From NCBI GenBank assembly GCA_963701965.1, contig OY969695.1, forward strand, positions 3,232,001 through 3,296,000: a stretch of 64,000 bases of DNA, in the 5' to 3' direction. Source of the DNA: an uncultured Gemmatimonadales bacterium (GTDB taxonomy: Bacteria > Gemmatimonadota > Gemmatimonadetes > Gemmatimonadales > Gemmatimonadaceae). Under the pieces are notes generated by a model. The model had not been told where the DNA came from, ran no database searches, and worked only from the letters and a program-made list of their open reading frames with translations. Position 1 is the stretch's first letter; every line of letters begins with the position of its first letter. The translations under genes were made by a program, and so were the position numbers. Positions 56,735-64,000 of the stretch are shown in pieces.

Positions 56735-57589
56735 ATGCATCGCATTACGCTTGTCGGCGTCGCGTGCGCAGCGACGCTCGTCCTCCCGGCATGCACCAGC
56801 GACACGCCCACCGCCCCGACGGACGATCCCAACATCGCGACAGCGGCGCAGATGGCCGCGGCCTACGCCGGATTCCACGTCGCCAACATCCAACAGCTCC
56901 ACGCCGCGCTCCAGCAAGCGCTCGATGCGGCACAGAAGACCGAGAACGGCGGCTTCGGCCTCAACATGTGGGGCACCATCGTCAGCCAGGAAGGCTTCGT
57001 CCTGGCCGTGGTGTTCACGGGCGAGAAAGAGGCGGATCAGTGGCAAGGTAGCCGGGTGATCTCGGCGCAAAAGGCGAACACGGCGCGCGATTTCAGCCTG
57101 CCATCCCTCGCGCTGTCCTCCGCCAATCTGTACTCGGCGACCCAACCCGGCGGCACGCTGTTCGGTCTCCAGGAGTCGAATCCGATCAACACCGACGCCG
57201 CCTACGGCGGTCACGCGAGTCAGTACGGCACCGTGAATGACCACATGGTCGGGAAGCGCATCGGTGGCATCAACGTGTTCGGCGGTGGCCTCGCCCTATA
57301 CGACAACGGCGGCAACTTCCTCGGCGGCGTCGGCGTGTCGGGCGATGCGTCGTGCGCCGATCACAACATCGCCTGGAAGGTCCGCAGCCTCATGGAGCTC
57401 GACTTCGTGCCCGCCGGCGTCGATCCGGTGATCACGGTCAAAGGGCATACGGACGACAACATTGTCTACGACATCGACGCCAGTGGGAAGAGTCCCAGTG
57501 GCTGGGGACACCCGGTGTGCAACCAAGCCACGGAGGACATCGGCCTCAAGCTCCCCGTGGACTTCCCTATCCACTTCGTGACGCAATAG
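56735..57589 (+). CDS. GlcG/HbpS-family heme-binding lipoprotein
   Basis: GAGGAG RBS, lipobox LPAC, SRVISAQKANTA, FGGGLALY and GGVGVSGD.SCADH. Confidence 0.88.
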   Translation: MHRITLVGVACAATLVLPACTSDTPTAPTDDPNIATAAQMAAAYAGFHVANIQQLHAALQQALDAAQKTENGGFGLNMWGTIVSQEGFVLAVVFTGEKEADQWQGSRVISAQKANTARDFSLPSLALSSANLYSATQPGGTLFGLQESNPINTDAAYGGHASQYGTVNDHMVGKRIGGINVFGGGLALYDNGGNFLGGVGVSGDASCADHNIAWKVRSLMELDFVPAGVDPVITVKGHTDDNIVYDIDASGKSPSGWGHPVCNQATEDIGLKLPVDFPIHFVTQ

Positions 57590-57599
57590 CTGATGTGAG

Positions 57600-57637
57600 G
57601 CTCCGCGAGGTCGTCGAAGAAGCCGGGCTCGCGGAGC
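57600..57637 (+). terminator. GC-rich hairpin after the heme-binding gene (possible terminator)
   Basis: GCTCCGCGAG…CTCGCGGAGC forms a 10-bp stem. No U-tract. Confidence 0.35.
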
Positions 57638-57677
57638 AGGGTCTAGCGGAGCGTTCGACCGAGCGCCAAGATATGGC

Positions 57678-59099
57678 ATGGCAACTAAAATTTTCGGGGT
57701 TCTCGCCGGCGGGCTCCTCGGATCGAGCCTAGCCAGCGGCCAACAGCTCGCACCCGCCACCCGCCAGTTCGTCACGGTGGCCGAGCCCGCGGTCGTCCTC
57801 ACGAACGCGATGGTGATCGATGGAACGGGCGCGCCGGCCGCGCGCGGCCAGACCATCGTCCTTCGGGACGGCAAGATCGTCCAGATTGGCCCCGCGTCGA
57901 GCGTCCAGGCGCCGACGGGCGCGCGCACGATCGACCTCCACGGGCAGACCGTGATCCCGGGACTCGTCGGGATGCACGACCACCTGTTCTATTCGGCGGT
58001 CGGCGGCCGCGAGATGATCATCTCGTACTCGGGGCCGCGTCTCTACCTCGGCTCGGGCGTGACCACGATCCGCACGACCGGATCGGTGTCACCATACGCC
58101 GACATCGCGACGAAGACCGATATCGACAACGGACGCCAGCCCGGCCCGCACATCTATATCACGGCGCCGTACATCACCGGCCGGGGCCCGAACGGCAGCG
58201 GCATCATGGCCGTGCTGGATTCTCCCGACCAGGCGAAGCACTTCATCGACTACTGGGCGTCCGAAGGCGCCACGTGGGTCAAGGCGTACACCGACATCCG
58301 GCGGGCCGAGCTCAAAGCGGCCATCGATGAGGCCCACGCGCGCGGGCTCAAAGTCACCGGCCACCTGTGCTCCGTCACCTACGAGGAAGCGGTCGATTTG
58401 GGCATCGACAACCTCGAGCACGGGTACGCGACCGACACCGATTTCGATCCCCAGAAGACGCCCGATGTGTGTCCGGCCGGCAGCCTCGCCCGGGTTGGCG
58501 GGACGGCGCCCGACGCCGCGACATCGCGCGCGGTGTTCACCAAGATGATCGACCACAAAGTGTCGATGACCTCGACGCTCGACGTGATCGAGTCGCTGTT
58601 GCCGCAGCGGCCCTACGATCCCCGGACGCCCGACCTCATGGCGCCCGATCTCCGCAAGGCATTTCTGGCGTTGCGCGCCCACATCGATTCGTCCGCCGAC
58701 TGGCCGTTCAAGACCGTCGTGATCAAGAACGCCGAAGCCTACGAAAAAGCGTTCGTGGATGCGGGCGGGTTGCTGGCGGCCGGCTGCGACCCCACGGGAA
58801 TCGGCGGCGCGCCGGCCGGACTCGGCGACCAACGCAACTATGAGCTCTTCATCGAGGCCGGCTTCACGCCCGCGCAAGCCGTGCAGATCATGACGGCCAA
58901 CGGCGCCAAGATCCTCGGCGCCTACGCGACGATCGGCTCGATCGAACGCGGGAAAGCCGCGGATTTGGTAGTACTGGACGGGGACCTCACCGCGGATCCG
59001 TCCGTGATCCACAAAGTCACGACCGTGTTCAAAGACGGTGTGGGATATGATTCCAACAAGCTCATCGCTTCAGCCAAAGGCCACGTCGGAATAGATTGA
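57678..59099 (+). CDS. Secreted amidohydrolase family protein
   Basis: PGLVGMHDH, GVTTIRT.G, WVKAY, TGHLC, LEHG, GCDP and GSIE.GKAADLVV. Confidence 0.92.
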   Translation: MATKIFGVLAGGLLGSSLASGQQLAPATRQFVTVAEPAVVLTNAMVIDGTGAPAARGQTIVLRDGKIVQIGPASSVQAPTGARTIDLHGQTVIPGLVGMHDHLFYSAVGGREMIISYSGPRLYLGSGVTTIRTTGSVSPYADIATKTDIDNGRQPGPHIYITAPYITGRGPNGSGIMAVLDSPDQAKHFIDYWASEGATWVKAYTDIRRAELKAAIDEAHARGLKVTGHLCSVTYEEAVDLGIDNLEHGYATDTDFDPQKTPDVCPAGSLARVGGTAPDAATSRAVFTKMIDHKVSMTSTLDVIESLLPQRPYDPRTPDLMAPDLRKAFLALRAHIDSSADWPFKTVVIKNAEAYEKAFVDAGGLLAAGCDPTGIGGAPAGLGDQRNYELFIEAGFTPAQAVQIMTANGAKILGAYATIGSIERGKAADLVVLDGDLTADPSVIHKVTTVFKDGVGYDSNKLIASAKGHVGID

Positions 59100-59102
59100 A
59101 GG

Positions 59103-59867
59103 ATGGATCACACAATAGTCTCACGCGACGAATGGCTGGAGGCGCGGAAGCGCCTGCTGGTCAAAGAGAAGGAGCTGACGCGCGCTCGTGATGCGGTGGC
59201 GACCGAGCGGCGGGCATTGCCGTGGGTCAAGATCGAGAAGACCTACGTGTTCGACGGTCCCAACGGGCCGGTGACGCTCAGCGAGCTCTTCGAGGGCAGA
59301 AGTCAACTCATCCTGCAGCACTTCATGTTCGGCCCGGACTGGGACGAGGGGTGTGTCGGCTGTTCGTTCAAGTCCGATCACATCGACGGTGCCCGGATGC
59401 ACTTCGAGCACCACGATGTGGCGTTCGCCTCGGTGTCGCGGGCGCCGATCGAGAAGATCGAAGCGTATCGCCGGCGCATGGGTTGGACGTTCACGTGGGT
59501 GTCGTCGACGCGGAACGACTTCAACTTCGACTTTCACGTGTCGTTCACGCCCGACCAGATCGCCCGGGACCGCGTCTACTATAACTACGCCGAGCAGCGC
59601 GCCCAGGGCATGGACGAGGCGTCCGGCGACAGCGTCTTCTATAAAGATGCGGCCGGCGATATTTATCATACGTATTCGACGTTCGCCCGCGGCGATGAGA
59701 TGCTCGTCGGCGCATACAACTATCTCGATCTGACTCCCAAAGGGCGCAACGAGACGGGTCCGGGCTTCAATCTCATGGACTGGGTGAAGCGCCACGATCG
59801 GTACGTGGACGAATCCCAGCCCCACCAGATCGCGTCGCGACGCCGGGCAGGCTCTGCCAATGTGTAG
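59103..59867 (+). CDS. DUF899 family thioredoxin-like protein
   Basis: EWL.AR..LL..EKELTR.RD, RR.LPW, HFMFGP…GCVGCS, YHTYS..ARG and LDLTPKGRNE. Confidence 0.93.
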   Translation: MDHTIVSRDEWLEARKRLLVKEKELTRARDAVATERRALPWVKIEKTYVFDGPNGPVTLSELFEGRSQLILQHFMFGPDWDEGCVGCSFKSDHIDGARMHFEHHDVAFASVSRAPIEKIEAYRRRMGWTFTWVSSTRNDFNFDFHVSFTPDQIARDRVYYNYAEQRAQGMDEASGDSVFYKDAAGDIYHTYSTFARGDEMLVGAYNYLDLTPKGRNETGPGFNLMDWVKRHDRYVDESQPHQIASRRRAGSANV

Positions 59868-60129
59868 AAATATCCGGCCTCTCTTCAACTTCGAGCCGCC
59901 CGTCACCGAGGATGAAGTGCGGGCGGCTTCCCTGCAGTTCGTGCGCAAGATCAGCGGTTTTCACAAACCCTCGAAAGCGAACGAAGCCGCTTTCGCGGCC
60001 GCGATCGAGGACATCGCCGCCGTCTCGCGCCGCCTGATGGCGTCGCTCGAGACCCACGCGCCGCCCCGCAATCGCGAGGAAGAAGCCGCCAAGGCGAAAG
60101 CCCGCGCCGCGACGCGGTACGGGACCTAG
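59860..60129 (+). CDS. DUF2277 family protein
   Basis: MCRNI.PLFNFEPP.T..E..AASLQFVRKISGF.KPS.ANE.AF. Confidence 0.93.
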   Translation: MCRNIRPLFNFEPPVTEDEVRAASLQFVRKISGFHKPSKANEAAFAAAIEDIAAVSRRLMASLETHAPPRNREEEAAKAKARAATRYGT

Positions 60130-61766
60130 GCCAACGGCAGCGCGAGCGTGAAGGTCGTGCCGACGCCGACCACGCTCGTGACGCGCAAATCCCCGCCCAT
60201 GCCCCGCGCCAGATCGCGGCTGATGGCGAGCCCCAGGCCGGTCCCCTGCTCCGACGCCGTGCATTCGAGTTGCACGAACGGCTCGAAGATCGACTCCAGC
60301 TTTTCCCACGGGATGCCCGGCCCCGTGTCCGTGACCTGCAGCAACGCGAGCGTCGGCGTGTCCGGCGGCGTGGTGCACACCAGCTCCACGTGGCCGCCGG
60401 CCGGCGTGAACTTGGCCGCGTTCCCCAGCAGGTTCGTCAGGATCTGCACCAGACGCTCGCGGTCGGCGCGGACGCGTACTCCCTGCGGCAGACGCGGCGT
60501 GAACCGAATGTGTTTTTCCCTGAACTGCGGCCCCACCAGCGACGCGATGTCGGCCACGATGTCGGCGACCCGGATGGGCACCAGCTCGTAGGCGACCTGC
60601 CCCGATTCGACGCGTGCCAGATCCAGGACGTCGTTGATGAGCCGCATCAAATGCCCGTGCGCCCGGTTCACCCGCTGCAGCGCTTCGTGTTGCGCCTCGG
60701 TGACCGGTCCGTGCACCCCCATGTCCACGAGCTGTACGTGTCCAACGATGGCGTTGAGCGGCGTGCGCAATTCGTGACTCATGGTCGCCAGAAATGCCGA
60801 CTTGGCGTGGCTCGCCGCCTCGGCCGCGGAGCGCGCCCCTTCTGCTTCGGCGCGCGCGTGCAGCTCGGCGTCGTACAGTCGGGCGCGTTCCAGCGCCAGG
60901 CTGCACTGCGCCGCGATGGCGAGCAGAAAGAGACGCTCGCTCTCACTGAACGGCCGCGGTTCGGGGAAGAGAAACGCGATGCTTCCCAGGATGCGATCGC
61001 CCACCGCGAGCGGCAGGACGGCGACCGCCTCGTGTCCATAGTCGTTGGCGATGCGCCTGAGGTGCGGATACTGGCCGAGCGCGTCGGCGATCGACGGGAT
61101 CCACTGTGCGACCCCCGTGCGCGCCGCTGTCGCCACGACCAGGCCGCTCGACAGCGACACCGTGGTGTAGTCGTCGAGCAAGCTTTGGGGGAAGGCGTGG
61201 GAGCCCGCGATCGTGAGCTTCGTGCCCGCGCGATCGATAACGTAGACTGAACCGCTCCGCGCGCCCACGGTCTCCAGCGCGTGCGTCAGAATCGTGTCCG
61301 CCACCTCGCGCGGGGTGACCGCGCCGGCCAGCGCCGCTGTTACCGACTGGAGGCGCGCCGCGCGTTCGGCGTCCCGCTCCGCCGCGGCCCGCGCTTGGAT
61401 CAACGCGGCGACATCGTTCGCGAGGTGCGCGATCCGGGACGCCGGGGCCGCGATGTCGCCCGACAGCCGGATCGCGCCAATCAGCGCGCCCCGCGAGTCG
61501 AAGACCGGCGCGTCCGTCATCCAGGCTATGAACTCGGTGCCGTCGCGGCGGCGCGCGATCATTTCCGCGGCGCGGGCCTGGGAGGATCGCATCGGCGCCC
61601 GGGCCAAGACATTCTCCCCGATCGTCTCCTCGGCCGCCCACCCATACAGCTCTTCGGCGGCACGATTCCAATAGACGATCGTGCCTTCAAGGTCCGTCGC
61701 GATGACGGCGCAGCCGAGGGCGTCCATGATGCGCGCCTCGTGCGCGATGTTCGCCGAGTTCGGCAT
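60126..61766 (-). CDS. Cytoplasmic PAS-GAF-HisKA-HATPase histidine kinase
   Basis: YWNRAAEELYGW PAS, GAF domain, FLATMSHELRTPLN, NLLGNAAKFT, DTGPGI and GTGLGL. Confidence 0.94.
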   Translation of the reverse strand: MPNSANIAHEARIMDALGCAVIATDLEGTIVYWNRAAEELYGWAAEETIGENVLARAPMRSSQARAAEMIARRRDGTEFIAWMTDAPVFDSRGALIGAIRLSGDIAAPASRIAHLANDVAALIQARAAAERDAERAARLQSVTAALAGAVTPREVADTILTHALETVGARSGSVYVIDRAGTKLTIAGSHAFPQSLLDDYTTVSLSSGLVVATAARTGVAQWIPSIADALGQYPHLRRIANDYGHEAVAVLPLAVGDRILGSIAFLFPEPRPFSESERLFLLAIAAQCSLALERARLYDAELHARAEAEGARSAAEAASHAKSAFLATMSHELRTPLNAIVGHVQLVDMGVHGPVTEAQHEALQRVNRAHGHLMRLINDVLDLARVESGQVAYELVPIRVADIVADIASLVGPQFREKHIRFTPRLPQGVRVRADRERLVQILTNLLGNAAKFTPAGGHVELVCTTPPDTPTLALLQVTDTGPGIPWEKLESIFEPFVQLECTASEQGTGLGLAISRDLARGMGGDLRVTSVVGVGTTFTLALPLA

Positions 61767-61962
61767 GGTACGCGACCAGCCAAATGGTCAAGGCTACAGT
61801 AACGACGATGTCACTCCCAAGCGAGCACAGCGGGGCGGGTTGTAACGCCGGCGCCACGGCATGCAACAACGCGGTCGCGCTGTAGGGCAGACGGGGTCGA
61901 CGGCAGAGCGTGACTAGTGCGATGCGCTATGCTGCGGGGGTGTCGGAGGCTACCCAGGGGCA

Positions 61963-63240
61963 ATGACGCGAGTCGGAGTGCAGCTCGGCGCGCGGCAGGC
62001 GCGAGCCGTCGTGTTGACCGGCTGGCCGCGGCGCAGCGCGCGGGCGGTCGACGTGCCGTTCGATCCGGAGCGACCGGACGAGGCCGTCGCCGCGCTGCGC
62101 GCGCTCCTCGGCAACGTGCGGCGCATGGCGGTCGCTATCGATCTGCAGCTGCTGCGCACGAAGCGCATCACGCTGCCCGCCCTGCCGGCCGCCGAGCGGC
62201 GCAATATCGTCCGCCTCGAGCCGGACCGGTTTTTCGCGGTGCGGGGTGAGGAGATCGTGCCCGCCGTGCGGGCCGAGGATGGGCTCGTGTTCGCGGTCAC
62301 TGCGGCCCGGGTCGAGCGTTGGGTTGCGGCGCTCGAGCAGATCGCCCCGGTCGATGTCGTGGAGCCGACGCCGGTGGCATTGGCGCGGGCGCTGGCCACC
62401 GCCTCAACCACGGATGCCGTCGTATTGTTTGATGGAGCGGATGCCGGCATCGCGGTCGCCGAGATCCGGCAGGGGCGCGTGACGCGAGCCCGGCGCCTGT
62501 TCGGCGGTGCCACGCTCGCGGCCCGTGCGGTGGCCGAGGATCGTATCCCAGGCGATGCCACGCGCCTCTATTGCGATCCGTGGACCGAGGACACGCAAGC
62601 GACCGCCGCCGAGGTGTGGCCCGGCGGGGCGTGCGCGCCCGTGCCGGGGGTCGGCGGTGTGGCCGGCGCCTACGCGGCGGCCTACGGCGCGGCGCTCGCC
62701 ATCGAGAGTCCGCCGCCGGTCGCCGAGACTCTGGTATCGGCCACGCACGGCGCGGCGATTCAGCGGCGCCGTTTCCGCGATATGGCGGTGGCCGTCGCCG
62801 CCTGTGCGACCGCCTGCCTGTTCGCCTTGTCGTCACTCGACAGCCGGCGCGAGCGCGAGGCGCGCGACTTGGAGGCGGCGACGGCCGCGCTGGCGTCGCG
62901 CGCCGCGCCGGCGCTGGCACTGCAGACCGAGCTCGCCAGTCTGGCGCGGCGCGGTACGGCCATGCGGGCCATCGACGCCGAGCGATCCGACCCGCTCCGC
63001 GTGCTGCGCGCGTTGTCGGCCAAGCTGCCACCGGGCGCCTTTGTGCGCGGCGTCCGCGGCACGAGCGCCGGTTGGCAGGTCGATGGCTACGCGCCCAACG
63101 CGTCGGCGGTGATCACCGCGCTGGGCGCCGACGCCGAATTTCGCGACGTGCATTTTCTGGCTGGCACCACCCGGAATCAGATCGGCAACCGTCCGTATGA
63201 AAGCTTCGCCCTCGCTTTTCGATTCGTTCCAGCGCCTTAA
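61963..63240 (+). CDS. gspL: Type II secretion GspL/PilN-like protein
   Basis: Cytoplasmic actin-like part (LP..P..E…V.LE.DRFF), TM, coiled coil, and a PilN-like L..LS..LP.GA…GYA..AS.VI.AL…F.DV.F domain. Confidence 0.78.
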   Translation: MTRVGVQLGARQARAVVLTGWPRRSARAVDVPFDPERPDEAVAALRALLGNVRRMAVAIDLQLLRTKRITLPALPAAERRNIVRLEPDRFFAVRGEEIVPAVRAEDGLVFAVTAARVERWVAALEQIAPVDVVEPTPVALARALATASTTDAVVLFDGADAGIAVAEIRQGRVTRARRLFGGATLAARAVAEDRIPGDATRLYCDPWTEDTQATAAEVWPGGACAPVPGVGGVAGAYAAAYGAALAIESPPPVAETLVSATHGAAIQRRRFRDMAVAVAACATACLFALSSLDSRREREARDLEAATAALASRAAPALALQTELASLARRGTAMRAIDAERSDPLRVLRALSAKLPPGAFVRGVRGTSAGWQVDGYAPNASAVITALGADAEFRDVHFLAGTTRNQIGNRPYESFALAFRFVPAP

Positions 63241-64000
63241 GCCGCGCGAGCAACGCGTGGTTGCCGGCGGGGCGGTCGTCAGCGTGGTGCTGATGATCGC
63301 CGTCTGGGTCGTGCTGCCGTTCGCCCAGCACTGGGCGAGCCGGTCGGCGCAGCTGGCCGAGGCCCGGGCCCATTGGGCGCGCTTGTCGGCGCTCGTCGCC
63401 AACACCGGCCGTCTCAACCGGACCCTCGATCTCGCCCGGCAGTCATCGGGATCCGACCAAGACCGCCTCATCACCGGTGCCACTCCGGCCCTCGCCGCCT
63501 CGGCGCTCCAGAGTCTCGTGCAGCGCTACGCCGGTGAGACGGCCGTTCAACTGGAGCGCGTGGACGCCGCTGGCGAGCCCCATCCCGACAAACCCGGGCT
63601 CCTCGCCATCCCCGTCCAGTTGCAGGCCCGGGGCGATCTCTATGGTCTCGTCGATTTCCTGAGCCGCCTCGAGCACGGCGGCCCCTTGGTGGTCATCGAC
63701 GAGCTCAATGTGAGCGCCGGTCTCGATGCCGGCGACGACGAGGCGCGCGTGACCGCGGTCGCCGACGCGCCGCGGCAATCGCTCATGTGGACCCTGCGAT
63801 TGCACGCCCTCTACGAGGGCAGCGCCGCGACGAACGGGGACACCGGTCGCGCCGACGAGAGCAATGTCGACGCCGGCCGCGCCGGCGCGAGCAACGTCGA
63901 CGTCAGCCCACGCGACGCGAATCCGCCGCAAGTCAGCCAGATCGAGGCCAGCCAACCCGCGCCGCCCGCCGCCACTCAAACGCCGGTCCCGTGGAAGCGC
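63197..64000 (+). CDS. gspM: Type II secretion GspM/PilO-like protein (3' end outside window)
   Basis: Translated by eye: MKAS…RLKPREQRVVAGG + TM, LAASALQSLVQ, VQLQARGDLYGLVDFLSRLE…LVVIDEL.V. Not in the ORF track because there is no stop within the window. Confidence 0.8.
   Translation, partial: MKASPSLFDSFQRLKPREQRVVAGGAVVSVVLMIAVWVVLPFAQHWASRSAQLAEARAHWARLSALVANTGRLNRTLDLARQSSGSDQDRLITGATPALAASALQSLVQRYAGETAVQLERVDAAGEPHPDKPGLLAIPVQLQARGDLYGLVDFLSRLEHGGPLVVIDELNVSAGLDAGDDEARVTAVADAPRQSLMWTLRLHALYEGSAATNGDTGRADESNVDAGRAGASNVDVSPRDANPPQVSQIEASQPAPPAATQTPVPWKR

Noticed and set aside
1..64000. CRISPR array, IS/transposase, integrase, prophage, tRNA/rRNA
   Set aside because: No regularly spaced nucleotide repeats or corresponding motifs seen by eye. 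The repeats present are protein-level (BNR, Kelch, YVTN).

Overview
GC-rich bacterial chromosomal segment with about 58 protein-coding loci. I recognised no rRNA, tRNA, CRISPR array or transposase. The gene mix most resembles Gemmatimonadota (inference only): an ECF sigma-FecR-SusC-SusD module, a barrel-less carboxypeptidase-regulatory/plug protein, a stand-alone Ser/Thr kinase, a BNR-repeat hydrolase and several secreted amidohydrolases and peptidases. From left to right: the 3' end of a Dyp peroxidase with an unknown partner and a SphA-type barrel; a cell-surface-signalling SusCD unit; a CPA1 antiporter; periplasmic hydrolases; a desaturase; a pseudo-receiver/TM/trypsin-protease fusion; two MocR regulators sharing one operator layout; LytS/LytTR with DoxX genes; a c-di-GMP-I riboswitch in front of a damaged di-heme oxidoreductase lipoprotein gene; ECF42 with a DGPF/YciI gene and its cognate promoter; an orphan HicA-like gene; and the start of a type II secretion (gspL-gspM) cluster. 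Many genes carry a TANNNT box 5-7 nt before the ATG, which suggests leaderless mRNAs. At least eight apparent single-base frameshifts suggest an error-prone long-read assembly, so the 'pseudogene' calls are provisional. All family assignments come from motif recognition by eye, not database searches.
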